A stretch of 64,000 nt of DNA from Mytilus trossulus. Its lineage: Eukaryota. A program made the translations under genes and the position numbers. Numbering within the stretch: position 1 is the stretch's first letter; each line of letters begins with the position of its first letter. Shown piece by piece: positions 40,337-53,155 of this stretch. A model generated the notes under the pieces. It saw nothing but the letters and a program-made list of their open reading frames with translations. It made no database searches and was not told the DNA's origin. Location of the stretch: NCBI RefSeq assembly GCF_036588685.1, contig NC_086374.1:20398001-20462000 (forward strand), written 5' to 3'.

Positions 40337-43300
40337 AGAACACAACCAACAAATAATAATTCTGGACGTGGTAGAAATGGTGGCGTCAGAGGTCGAAATG
40401 GTAAACGAAGAGGGTATTAGGTTAAATGTGGATTTTGGAACTTAAATGGCTGGAATACTGATTGTAAACGGGATAAATTTAACCTTTTAACCGATATCAT
40501 CGAACAATGTAATCTGCATATAGTTGGACTGGCGGAAACACACTTAAGAGGAAATGATTCTATTGTAATGCATGGATATCAATGGTTTGGCCATAACCGA
40601 AATAATATACATAAACGTGCGAAATGTGGATCGGGTGGAGTTGGTGTTTTAGTCAGGAACGATTTTGCTGACCAGTTTTCAATAGAAATTGTCGAAAGCA
40701 GTAAAGATGGAATCATGTGGATTCGATTTACTGAAAAAAACTGTGTCCAAAACTGTTTTTATGTTTGCGTGGTGTATTTGCCACCAGAGAACTCTACTAG
40801 AGCATATTATCAGTGATATTTATACAATTCCGAATGAAAATATGTTTTATCTATGTGGAGATTGGAATAGCCGATGTGGTGATATGCTAGACTATATACC
40901 AGGCGTAGATTCCTTACCAGAACGAAATGTAGTTGATTTTAAATGTAAAACGTATGGAAGTATATTTTGCGATTTTCTATCTGATATAAGCTGTTGTATA
41001 CTTAATGGCCGAAATACGATTCAAAACGACTTTACGTACGTATATACTCGAGGATCTAGTGTAGTAGATTACTGTATAGTACCTTACGAAAAGTTACAAA
41101 ATTTTGAAAAGTTTAGTGTAAGTCGTGCAAGTACCTTAGTCGACACTGTAAATGGCATCGGAAAATATGACTTAAAAGGAATTGTTCCAGATCATTCTAT
41201 GTTATCATGGGAGATGTCACTAGACTTTTTAGTGACTGAAATAACACGTGAAAATACCAAACAGTCTGTTAAGACGAGGTACGACACACAAAATATACCT
41301 CAGGACTTTCTTTTGAATTCGGAAGCTATTTGAGACTTAAACAAACTTATTTTAGACCTTGAAAACTCAAATAAGTCACAAGTCGATTTAGACCAGATGT
41401 ATTGTGAATTTGTTAAAGTGGTAAAATCAGAGATGTCAAGTAAACTTTCATGTAAAACATATATAACGGATGGATTTAATAACAAACTCCGTAGATGCAA
41501 AAAACCATGGTGGAATGAAGAACTAACTGTTTTATGGAATGGTGTTTGTAGTGCAGAAAAAATATGGATTAAAGCAACCTGTAATAAAAGTACGTTACAT
41601 GTACGTCATAATTATGTCCAAAAGAGGAAACATTTCGATAAAGCGTGTCAACGTTCCAAACGCCAATACTGGTATAGTATGCAAGATGAATTAAAGAATT
41701 TAGAAGATAACCCAAAAGAATTTTGGAGGAAAATCGGGAAAATTGGAGTAGGAAACAACAGGCAAAGTATTCCAATGGAAGTGAAAATGGAAGATAATTC
41801 AATATGTACCGATCCGAAAATTGTTTTAGATAAATGGAAATGTGATTTTTCAAATATGTTGAATTCTGGAAATTTATATGAAACTACCGAAAAAGATGTT
41901 AACAGTTGCATAATAACCGATGATATTCTTGATAGTGAAATAACCAATATTTTAAAATTGTCAAAAGCGGGAAAATCTCCTGGTTGTGATGAAATTCCGA
42001 TGGAGATGTATAAAAATCAGACAGCTATAAACGCCCTCACTCAAGTGTTCAACATTTATTATAATACAGGAATGATACCGGAACTATGGAGTAGAGGAAT
42101 AATCACCCCGATACCGAAGAGTTCGACTTCCGACCCTCGGGACCCGATGTCTTACAGAGGAATAACATTGGCGCCAACTTCATATAAACTGTATTGCGGA
42201 GTACTGAATTCAAGATTACCTGTAAAGCTTGATGATCTAAATTTTATACATGATGAACAAAATGGTTTTAGATCTAATCGTTATACTATTGATCATTTGT
42301 CAACAATTACAACTATTATTGAAACAAGAAAAATGTGTAAAATGTCAACTTTTGCAGCTTTTATTGATTTCAAAAAAGCATATGATACTGTAAACAGATT
42401 TTTATTATTTTGTAAACTTGAGTCAATAGGAATTAGTAGTAAAATGTTGAATGCTTTAAAATCTGTATATCATAAAGTACAGTCATGTGTTAAAGTTAAT
42501 GGGAATTTAACCCAATGGTTTGATGTTCAATGTGGTTTAAAACAAGGGTGTGTGTTATCGCCCATTTTATTCAATATTTTTATTAATAATTTAGTAAATA
42601 AGGTTAAAAGTTTAAATGTTGGTATTCCGATAGAGGAAGAGAAAATATGTATTTTGCTCTATGCTGATGATATTGTTTTACTGGCTGAAAATGAATCAGA
42701 CTTACAGATGCTCTTAAATGTTTTTCATATGTGGTGTCATACACATGATATTAGTGTTAAAGATTATTCATTTTAGACCACCTTCTTTTCCAAGGTCTAT
42801 TTATACATTTATGCTGGGTAATGATATCATTGAAATTGTAATACAATATACTTACCTTGGTTTACATCTTACAGAATTTTTAAATTATGATTTAATGGCA
42901 AAAGCTATTGCCAAGTCGGCAAGTAGAGCTCTTGGGTTATTGATCGCAAAATGTAAATCAAATGGTGGTTTTTGTTACTCTACTTATACAAAGCTTTTTG
43001 ACACACTTGTATGGTCAGTATCGATTATGGTGCTTCAATATGGGGAACAAGAGAATTCTCTTGCATAAATGCTGTTAAAAACAGAGCGATGAGATTTTAT
43101 ATGGGTGTAGGAAAGTATACACCAAACTTATCTCTGTATGGTGATATGAGCTGGATTCCATGCAATGTAAAGCAATGGACAGCTGTTTTTAGATTATTGT
43201 CCAGATTTTGTAAAATGGACAATGATAGATTGAACAAAAGAGTATTTATATGGTCATATAAGTATGGAAATAAGCCAATTAAAAACTGGTGCTTCAGAGT

Positions 43301-44093
43301 GATGACTAAGTTTAAAGAGTATAATCTTGAACCATATTGTAACTGTGATATATTGTTAACTAAAAATGTAATTAAGGATATATAATGCTTAGCTATTGAT
43401 TTATATAAAACTGAATGGCATAATAAGTTGGTTTCGAATGAATATGCCAAACTTCGTACTTATAAATGATTTAAAACAGAATTTAAGGTAGAAAATTACA
43501 TTTGTAAAACTATTGCAGGGAAATATAGAAGTGCTTTTGCAAAATTTCGTTGTGGTGTTGCCCCCCTAAAAATTGAAACGGGCCGGTATCAGAACTTACC
43601 TATTAATGAACGAATATGTTTTAGTTGTAATGAAACCATAGAAGATGAGAAACATGTAATTTTGAAATGTCCACTATATGCAGATTTTCGTGCTGTGTTG
43701 TTTAGTCATGCAAATTCTTTTTGTCATGATGTTAATAGTATGTCAGATGATGATAAATTTGTATTTTTATTTAGTGATGAAAATGTTTATTTTTACACTG
43801 CCAAAATCTGCTATGATATTTTACTGAAAAGAAAATGTTTATTATATTCTTAACATTTGTTTACTTTTAAACTGTTTTATGTTATTCTTAACATTTGTAT
43901 ACTTTTAATTTGTTTTATGTTTTATATATGTATATATATATATGTAAATGTATATACCATTTTTTATAGTCTCTCATAACTCTTTTTAGAGTGGCTCTTG
44001 TTTTTAATATTGTAATATGTAAATTGTAATATTATGTAAATGTTTTAGAAGAGGTGAGACTCAAATAAAATATTGTCTTGTCTTGTCTTGTCT
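40337..44093 (+). mobile_element. 5'-truncated non-LTR retrotransposon (LINE; APE + RT + C-terminal CCHC; possibly RTE-X-like)
   Basis: APE motifs (FWNLNG, GLAETH, SGGVG, GDWN, VVDY, DH), RT motifs (EQNGFR, DFKKAYD, GLKQG, YADD), IETGRY..CFSC..EDEKH...C, AATAAA plus (TTGTC)n tail, TSD ATACA (40332-40336 and 45117-45121). Confidence 0.95.
40421..43853 (+). pseudogene. Disrupted LINE ORF2 (endonuclease-reverse transcriptase)
   Basis: Split over ORFs starting 40568, 40689, 41397, 42718, 43011 and 43662; frameshifts at ~40805, ~42765 and ~43020; in-frame stops at 41331 and 43383. Confidence 0.9.
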
Positions 44094-44094
44094 A

Positions 44095-45115
44095 TGTTCC
44101 GGACCATATGAGTATTTGGACCATACGCGTATGGTCATGACCGTATGCGTATACTCATATGGTCCGACCATACGCGTATGGTCTGACCGTACGCGTATGG
44201 TCGGACCATATGAGTATTATACTCGTTTGGTCATTAACGGGCCGGACCATATGAGTATTTGGACCATATAGGTATTTTTTTCAAATAACATTATAAACGT
44301 ATAATACAAAAACTTTATCTAAAATAGCAGTGATGGTTACGTGACAATTTATTAATTTTATAATCCAAAACTACGTGAAAATTAAATTTTGATGCGCTAC
44401 ATGTATTATAGTAGTTTTCATTGCTAGTTACATTATTGCATGTAGGCTTGGGTGACATTCACTTCCACAGGGTATCATAGCTTTTTTTACGTTACTTTGC
44501 AATTAATTTGTGCACGATCCTTTTCATTTACACCTTTTGTTTGCGAGTGAAAAACTAGCCTTTTTGCAGCTGCGTACAGTAATACAGAGATCTTTGGCCA
44601 TCCTGATGTTTACGTTTTTTTAAGAAGCTTTAGATCTCAAATGTCGTAAAATGACTGCAGTACACCATATTCATAAGACATTTAAAATAAACTATGTTAC
44701 TTTCCAGTGACTTCTTCTGTAACAGTTCATTAAGAAAGTTTTGGATAATTTTTTTTAGTCGACCCATATTGCCATTCACTTGTAATAACAAATCGGTTAT
44801 GACCATCGGTATAAAATTACTATAAATTTGACAATTAAGTAAAATTAACTATGTATATTTCTTATCTTTCTATAGCTTATCTTTTTCTTAAAATATGATA
44901 AGAAAACTACCTATATTATTGCTTCTTTTTAATGACCGGTCATACCATCTGAAGAGTTTAGAAGTATTAAAAGCAAACTCAGTGTAACAAAGTGTTAATT
45001 ACCCCGACCATACGCGTACGGTTGGACCATACGAGTATGGTCGGACCATATGAGTATATACCCATATGGTCATGACCATACGCGTATGGTCCAAATACTC
45101 ATATGGTCCGGAACA
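44095..45115. mobile_element. Non-autonomous TIR element with TA TSD and palindromic subterminal repeats
   Basis: Perfect ~48-bp TIR TGTTCCGGACCATATGAGTATTTGGACCATACGCGTATGGTCATGACC; TA at 44093-44094 and 45116-45117; repeated ACCATACGCGTATGGT palindromes. Confidence 0.9.
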
Positions 45116-47189
45116 TATACATCTAATGTAATTATAATCAGATAAAAGTTTATTCTATGGACATCCATGAGTATTGCGATCACTGGATATTTACAAGAGG
45201 TCACACTGAGGTCACTTTGCATACGGAAAATATATCGGGGAATAAAGTAAACTTCTTCTAAATATGAACAAATTAAAGAATTTTCTTCAGAAACAAGTAT
45301 ATGTCCATTAGTTTTATAATGAAAACAATCCATTTAGTTATAAAAAAAAACATATTCATTATTTGTTTTAAATTTGAGGTTTCTTATGACTTTAAGTAAA
45401 TCATTTTTTATTTTGCAAGATAAACAGTTCCATAAATTCAATATTTTTTTCAATTATAAATACAAAGTGTTTATGAATCGTTCATGTATACATGTGAAAT
45501 ACACGTATAATTCATGTAAATTAAATCATGATTACATTGCAATGCAGCATAGATGATACGCTAAGATGATAAAATATTCCACGGCGATCTCTTTGATTTT
45601 CACTTCCAAAGTAAAAAAGTAAATATTTTGTTTAAAAAACTGTGTGCATCTTTAATCATTATGAATAGACGAACGTGACTTTAACAACTCCTTCGCGAGG
45701 AATTGCCAGATAATAATACAGTCTAACTTGAGGAAATGTTAACTAAAATGAAAAGGTCAGAAAACGTACATATACGTACAATTGTTCATCATAGGTTTCC
45801 CACGAGTGCACAGGTGAATTAAATAAAAAAAATGATAAAAATCGTGTTTTCATTATCATAGCTAAAAAATGAAAGTTATAAGTATTGAATATTTCTTTTT
45901 GTAACTTTATAGGGTTGTAAAAGCGTTGACCGTGCGCACATTTTTAGAATGAAGCGCTTCCGCTTCCGCGCTTCATACAAAATGTACGTCGGTCAACGCT
46001 TTTACACCCCAATAAATTTACAAAAAGAAGCATTCAATTCTTAATTGAAAAATATCTTTAAAAATGTACACAAAATTATTATCAATATTTCCTAATTCGA
46101 AAGATAAACCTGCTTTTATAATAATACTTTGTGAATTTCAAAAGTTGCAAGTAAAATTAATTCAAAACATTTATAAAGTAGGAATGATTAATATAAGCTT
46201 GAGAAAATATATAGACTATTGTTACATTCGACCTGCTCGGGACATCGGATTTAAAGTCGAGATCGTCTTCCCGACTTCCCGTAGCTACTTATTTTTACGC
46301 CCTACAGAGACAAACAGTCGCTTCACTTCAGTAAGGATGTTTAATATGCACTGCAAGGCGTAAGCAATTCAGGGGTGGCCATTTGTCTATAAAAATAACC
46401 CTTAGGCTGCATTTATATTAAATGATGTTTTGGTGTAGCCAGACAAAGGCAGGATAGATCACGGATTCTATATATAGTCCCGTATTTTGATATTCAAATT
46501 CGAAATTCAGATTCCTATCGTTGTAGACTAATTTGTTTAAAAAAAATAGGGAGATGGGGATCAAATTCATTTGGTCAGACAATTCGACCCACCTTAAAAA
46601 AAAAGTCACGATAATAAATTAACGATATAAATAACTATATAGTTGTACATTTATACCGCTGTAAAAAGTTTACCCTCAATTAAGGCGTAGATTTCAGTGA
46701 ATAAAAGACAAAGCATGCTGACAAATCAATAGGTTTCTGTACCTTTTTATAAAACTAGTAACTTTTGGATGAATATTATTTGATCCAATAACTGGTGTTC
46801 AAATATCAAAGCTACATATAACACCTTACCTTGAAAGCCTGTTGATATGTGCGCACCTCAATATGGTCCAAGAGTTATATATATAACAACCAATTCTTAA
46901 ACGGGGTTTACAATTAACAAATCAAAAAACGGACTTGGAATAATAATGAATTGTGTCTGTACAATTGACAGTTCATAATCAACAGCTGCTGGTTGTTTGT
47001 TTCCTATCGTATCCCATTTTTCTTTCCGGTAAATCGTTATTAAGAAATAACGATGAATATGCATGCTTATGATTTAACTTGAAAGAATTGTTTTTGAACA
47101 CGTCGTTGTACAATAACTTATATCAGAGTACTGATTTACTGTCTCTTCTTATTGTACACTTCTTTCGTGTCACGCGCAAAACTTCATAG

Positions 47190-49196
47190 CCCAGGTAGCA
47201 CAAAAACATTTTATTGATATTTTTAAAATATATTACAAAATGTCACAAAAATATCATTCAGAAACATTTTTTTGATGTGATATTCTGGCTTTACTCATTT
47301 GAATTGCATATTTTCTGGCCTTGAAATATTTGTTTTGAATGTTTAAAGAGCATTATTTTTAAATATCTTGATTTTATATTGAAATAACATAATTTTGATA
47401 TTATTCAGTCTCAATTGAAAATATCCAGATAATATATTTCAAATATCTGGACAAAATATCCTTTTCATGTCTGTGAAATGTTTTATGGATGTCTACCAAA
47501 CGTGTTTTACAGTCTGTCAACCATATACTCATTTTATTGAAAAGATAATGCAATGAATTGATTGAATATTATTCAACTCTTTTTACCTTCTGATAGATGT
47601 GCAGTATTTTCACATTTATTGAGGGGGGATAGAAGGGGTCCTGATCCCGTAATTCGAATAAAGAATTCCCGGATCCCGACAGGGTCAATCCCGAAATCCC
47701 GATACAGGTCCTATACCCCCTCTTTACTCGACTGTCAATTGGAAAGTGTAAAAGTTTACTTATGTTTTTTTTTTTTTTATCTTTCTTAAAATTTTACTTA
47801 TGTCAATGAATCATTGGTTTGTATTGTTTGAAAAGAAAATGAAAATGAAAATAATTTCAAATTGTATTTGTTGTTTTGGGCTGGTTTCAAATATTTTCTG
47901 TTTGGGCATAAAATTATTCAATAATTAAGATATTAAATACATTTAAATGACTACACAGAATTGAAAATATTAGATAAAGAGAATGAAGAGCACATTTTTT
48001 GTTAGAACATTTGATTAATATAAAGAATAAAATTTTCATTCTGTGGTATAAAGGGGGGATAAGTACTTTTAAAATACGTTGGCATATTGTTGGCACAATG
48101 TTGGCTTATATTTCAATATTAGCATGACTGTTTTAAAGACTTTGAACTAGTCAAAATACAAAGAATTTTCTAGTTCAAGGCACAGATTACCGTAGTCCTG
48201 TATGACTAAATATCATTTGATTTTTGACTGAGTCTTCAATGCTCTTCAAACACAATCGTTATTCGCCTTATATATTTTTCTTTTGACTTGATTGGAATTT
48301 TCATCAAAGTTAGATTAGAGTTGTTAAAACTTTTCTATCAAAAATGAGAAGACATTCATGTGAATGTGATTAAAAAAATATATAAAAAAAATATTTCCTT
48401 TTACATATCAAACATATGGCACACACATATCATTTTAATACAAACATCTGAAATACATTAATGTCGTACATCTTACAAACATCAATTAGAAAAAATATTA
48501 TGTTATATGTTTTTAAAATATGTCTTTTTTCATATCAAAACATGTGCTTCACTCAAATATCACTAACAAACATTTGGAACACATGTCTATCATGCATCTC
48601 ACAAACATCTATTAAACATTATTATCTTAAAATGCTAATGAAACAGTCTTTAAGTAATATTTTCTAAATAAAATCGGAAAATAAAATGTTATGATGTTAT
48701 TGAAATATTCATTAGATATTACCATTTTTATATTTTTAATTAGGACAAGAAATTTATATTGATGTTACATCAAAAAGATATTTTATTTTACATCAAACCT
48801 ATGCTTTACACAGACATTAATCAACAATGTTTTATAATTTTTTCTTTTACACATCTTACAAATATATACATTGTATATTAAATGTAATATAAAAATGTCC
48901 ATCAGATATTGATTGAATATTGCAAAGAAATATCTCCTCGACATATAAGTGTTCTCTTTTAAAATACTGTCTATCAAACGTTTTAAAAACATCAACAAAG
49001 AATATTTTTTTTATTGATAAAACATGTTTTTATATTAGAAATCAAACATTGGGATGAAATAGTATTGTAAACATATCATTCATGCATAATTTCTGATGTA
49101 AAATAAATGTCTATAAAATATGTTTTTGTAAATATTTTTGACAAACATTTATATAACCATTCAATAATATCCTGAAAATATTATGTGTTAGATGGG
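47190..49196. mobile_element. Old non-autonomous CCC...GGG element, 2-bp TSD AG (EnSpm/CACTA-like)
   Basis: Imperfect TIRs CCCAGGTAGCACA and TGTGTTAGATGGG, AG on both sides, many short aaacat/atgttt subterminal motifs. Confidence 0.55.
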
Positions 49197-50007
49197 AGGC
49201 AATCGATGACTAGTTTTTAAATTTGAATTTATATATAGCATGTGTATGTAAAGTATAAGTTATACTATTTTAGTTGAGTTGTTTGTGTGAAACTTTGTCA
49301 CCATTTACAGTCTATGGAAGAAGCGAATCGATAAAAACTTTTCTTGTATCACATTGCGATATTGTCTAATATCAATTGTAAATATGCAGACATTACATGC
49401 GGAAAATGGTGTTTTCGGCAACGAAAAATAAAGAAAAACTAACTAAACTGTCAAATATGAACAATAATTGAATCTAAATATACATTCAGAAGTTAGTTAG
49501 AAGCAAACGTTTATGTCCGTGTAAAATTTGAAGTGCTGTGTTTTTCTTATATACATTTGTTCATAAATATACAAATGCTATATATTAGTTCTAATATCAA
49601 TGCGATACTTTTAAAATATCATAGCGGTGTTTTTGTTTTATCAATATTAGTACTTATTAGTATTAATAATTGATTGCTGTACCCATATTTTGACAATTTT
49701 ACCTTTTATGTTTGTTTTGTTTACGCATCGTTGTGAATATGACAGAATTTGACGAGACTGTCATACACGTGAGCGGTATAGCGCCATAAAACCAGGTTCA
49801 ATCCACCCTTTTCAAAATTTGAAAATGCCAGTACCTATGGAGTTTAATAAACAATGTCGTAATCAAATAGCTAAGTATCAAAATTATTGTACCCATATAT
49901 AACGTTTAGCAAATTTTATAATGAATGCACCGAAAAAATATATATCTGATATGCTCGCAACGCGCGCATGGAAGACTTGCATATTTTGGCGTTAATATTG
50001 ATTCACC

Positions 50008-50678
50008 TATAGGGTCTTTGCATCGGAACTAAACACATTTATTCAAAAACCAGTTGTTGTCATAACACGGGTTATGTTCTTTTCATATATGTTATGATGG
50101 TATGATACTAAACCCCTAACGGGAAGGATTGTGCCTGATATTCATATGATGAAATCATAATCTTTCAATCAGTTTAATTGAAGTCTGGAGCTGGCATGTC
50201 AGTTAACTGCTTGTAGTCTGTTGTTATTTATGTATAATTGTCATTTGTCATTTTGTTTACTTTCTTTGGTTACATTTTCTGACATCAGACTCGGACTTCT
50301 CTTGAATTGAATTTTAAATGTACGTATTGTTATGCGTTTACTTTCCTACATTGGCTAGAGGTATAGGGGGAGGGTTGAGATCTCATAAACATGTTTAACC
50401 CCGACGCATTTTTGCGCCTGTCCCGAGTCAGGAGCCTCTGGTCTTTGTTAATCTTGTATTATTTTAATTTTAGTTTCTTGTGTACAATTTGGAAATTAGA
50501 ATGGCGTTCATTATCACGGAACTAGTATATATTTGTTTAGGGGCCAGCCGAAGGACGCCTCCGGGTGCGGGAATTTCTCGTTACATTGAAGACCTGTTGG
50601 TGACTTTCTGCTGTTGTTTTTTCTATGGTCGGGTTATTGTCTCTTTGATACATTACCCATTTCCATTCTCAATTTTAT
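50008..50678 (-). repeat. Dispersed repeat copy (…aacatgtttaaccccg…cctgtccc.agtcaggagcct… family)
   Basis: The core motif is also present at ~53960-54020 and ~55675-55730. Confidence 0.6.
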
Positions 50679-51324
50679 TTCTTTACTGATAACAATGAAA
50701 CTAACTTGTGACAAATATGAATCATCATATACTGTCCTCGTTCAGATTGATTCGACAAAATCTGAATTACTTTTGAATCTCCTTTTTTATACAAATTAGA
50801 CCTTGGTTTTCCTGTTAGAATGGTTTAACACTAGTATTTTTTTGTTCCTATATAGCGTGGTATTCGCTGTTAGCCAAGGCTCCGTGTTTAAGGCCCTACT
50901 TTGATCTATTATGGTTTACTTGAAACAAATTATTACTTATAAATAACTGCTTTCCAGTCCTCCAAAAACGTCATTTGTGTGCTGAATCTTTTGTAAAGTG
51001 CAATATGAACTAGCACTTTTTAAAGCTTTAACGGCAACGGCAGTTATGATGGTACAAGAACGATTACGTCAATAAAAATACCAAATAAACAGCACTGAAC
51101 GATCTAAATTCATAAATATAGAAAAGGTATATACACATTTCTAACGTCAACAAACATTAACATCTTATTTATTTGTTTTCTAAACATTTTTTTAGTATTA
51201 AATGAAGAAATGAATTTATAACCAGCGATACGGATTGTTATTTTGCACTAAGAAATGGTCGCGTATTTAAACGATCGGTAAACTAGTCAAAAACGAAAGT
51301 CAAAGCTCTGTGGCAACAATACCA

Positions 51325-51768
51325 GGGGTACAATCAAAATCACGTGATGGATATACACACACCGAAAGTAACAGTCGAGCAGACCGCTTGAAAGGTAAGT
51401 AGTCGTATTTACTTGTTTATATCAATAAAATTTAATAAATAAGGTAGTGCACCGAATGTCGGATACTATCTAGTTTTGAAATACACAATTATCCTTGCTG
51501 GAAAGCTTGCAGTTAATGCTAACACTTCGACACAGTTCCAAAATTCCACCAGATAACTGTGTCGAGGTGTTAGCATTAACTGCACGCTTTCTGGCAAAAA
51601 CAATTGTGTATTTTAAAACTAAATACTATCCGACATTCGGTGTGCCAACTTATTAATCAAAATTTAATTGATATAAACAAGAAAATGCAACTACTAACTT
51701 TTCAAGCGGCGAGTTCGACTGTAACTTCCGGTGTGTGTATATCCATCACGTGATTTTGATTGTACCCC
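51325..51768. mobile_element. Fold-back MITE, ~214-bp imperfect arms with ~17-bp loop
   Basis: GGGGTACAATCAAAATCACGTGATGGATATACACACACCG ... CGGTGTGTGTATATCCATCACGTGATTTTGATTGTACCCC; the arms pair up to the centre at ~51540-51555. Confidence 0.9.
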
Positions 51769-52199
51769 GTTTATACATAGGAACGCCCTCACGGTCATCG
51801 CGATGTAAAAGAGCGTCCACGCGGCGAGCTAATTATATTCATAGAATAATCGATTAACCAACGGGAAAAATTTTGATATCCAAATCCTTCTCAATAATTT
51901 TTTCTATGTTTATGATAAATACATTTTCTGTTTGACAAGATTTTTGATTTTCGTTGTATCTGAAATTGTTCAATTTGTAGTCTGAGGCTACTCAGTTGGT
52001 ACCTTAAAAGTTCGGGACATCAGCATTTGTACATTTTAATTTGTTTGAAATATTTATGTTACCATTTGAGTATTCATTGTTATTTAAAGCTGTATTGTAT
52101 TGGATTGTTTAAATGAATGTTTCTTTTTCTTTTAAGTAATGATATATTTTGTCTATTTTGACATTACCCGTGTGGATAGGCTAAAGCAGTGTGACCTCA

Positions 52200-52307
52200 A
52201 GGGTAGATCCAGCCGTTTTTAAAAAGGAGGTTCCGAATCCAGGATAAAAGGGGGTTCCAACCATATACCCCGTTAGGTCAACCGGATCCCCCCTGGATCC
52301 GCTACTG
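52200..52307. mobile_element. Small MITE-like element
   Basis: agggtagatccag ... ctggatccgctactg imperfect TIRs; a similar end occurs at 12133-12148. Confidence 0.5.
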
Positions 52308-53155
52308 AACCTAAATTAGAATCTAAATGACCGGTAGACTATTTACAAACGCATTTAAATTCCGCCATTGCATCATCACTTCAAATAGAATTAACCTGTT
52401 AAACCATGTGATTAAAAACAATAGACTGAAAAGGTTGTTAACACTATCAATAGGGTCAAGCAACATTTTCAAAATGATAAGTTAATGTAAGCGTTAATTT
52501 TGTTACAGATTCGAAATTTTAGTGATATTGATCCTCAAACATTAAGCCGGTCATGAACTAAGTTTGTGAATTATGTTTGCGGTTTTCTTGACATGCATTG
52601 CAACGTGTCATCATATTCATTTTATATTAGAAAACTATAGCAGTTATATTAGAAAAGAATCTCATTCACAAATTTTTCATATTAAAAAAACATCGCTATG
52701 TTATAAAAAAAACCCATCATTGATATAATAAAATATAGCGGTATCTTTGACTTATACGTGATTTTGACTTAGCAAATAATTGAATTCATCTCAATTGCAT
52801 TCCACTGAATTTGCTACATGATATGTATTGAATGTATTGAATGTGTACATCTACAAATGATAAATCGGGCATTTATATTTCATTTCTTCAACAATTCAAT
52901 GTTCTCGTTTAAATACACCTTGCTTGTTATTACATGAAAAAAATCATTAAAATTATACTGTAGACGTATGTCGTGTTAAATGTCACCCTGTTTTAAAAAA
53001 AGAGTCATTACTGTATACCAAGAAATATGCCTTTCTTCGTACAAATGCTAACATTCGTCTGAAATTTCCCACAATGCAACTCCTTGATATAAGACAATAT
53101 CGCTCGTTGATATAAGAAGTTTTTATCGATTCGCTTATTCCATAGACTGATTTAT

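Larger units (their letters stand above)
39989..46040. mobile_element. TTAA-flanked non-autonomous TIR element (GA...TC termini, Kolobok-like), ~225-bp TIRs, interrupted by two insertions
   Basis: TTAA at 39985-39988 and 46041-46044; TIRs 39989-~40215 and ~45805-46040; the internal sequence rejoins as gaaacATACAtctaatg when the inserts are removed. Confidence 0.85.

Noticed and set aside
41397-42776. RT as a retron, DGR or domesticated gene
   Set aside because: It is a standard LINE ORF2 with APE, tail, TSD and several disabling mutations.
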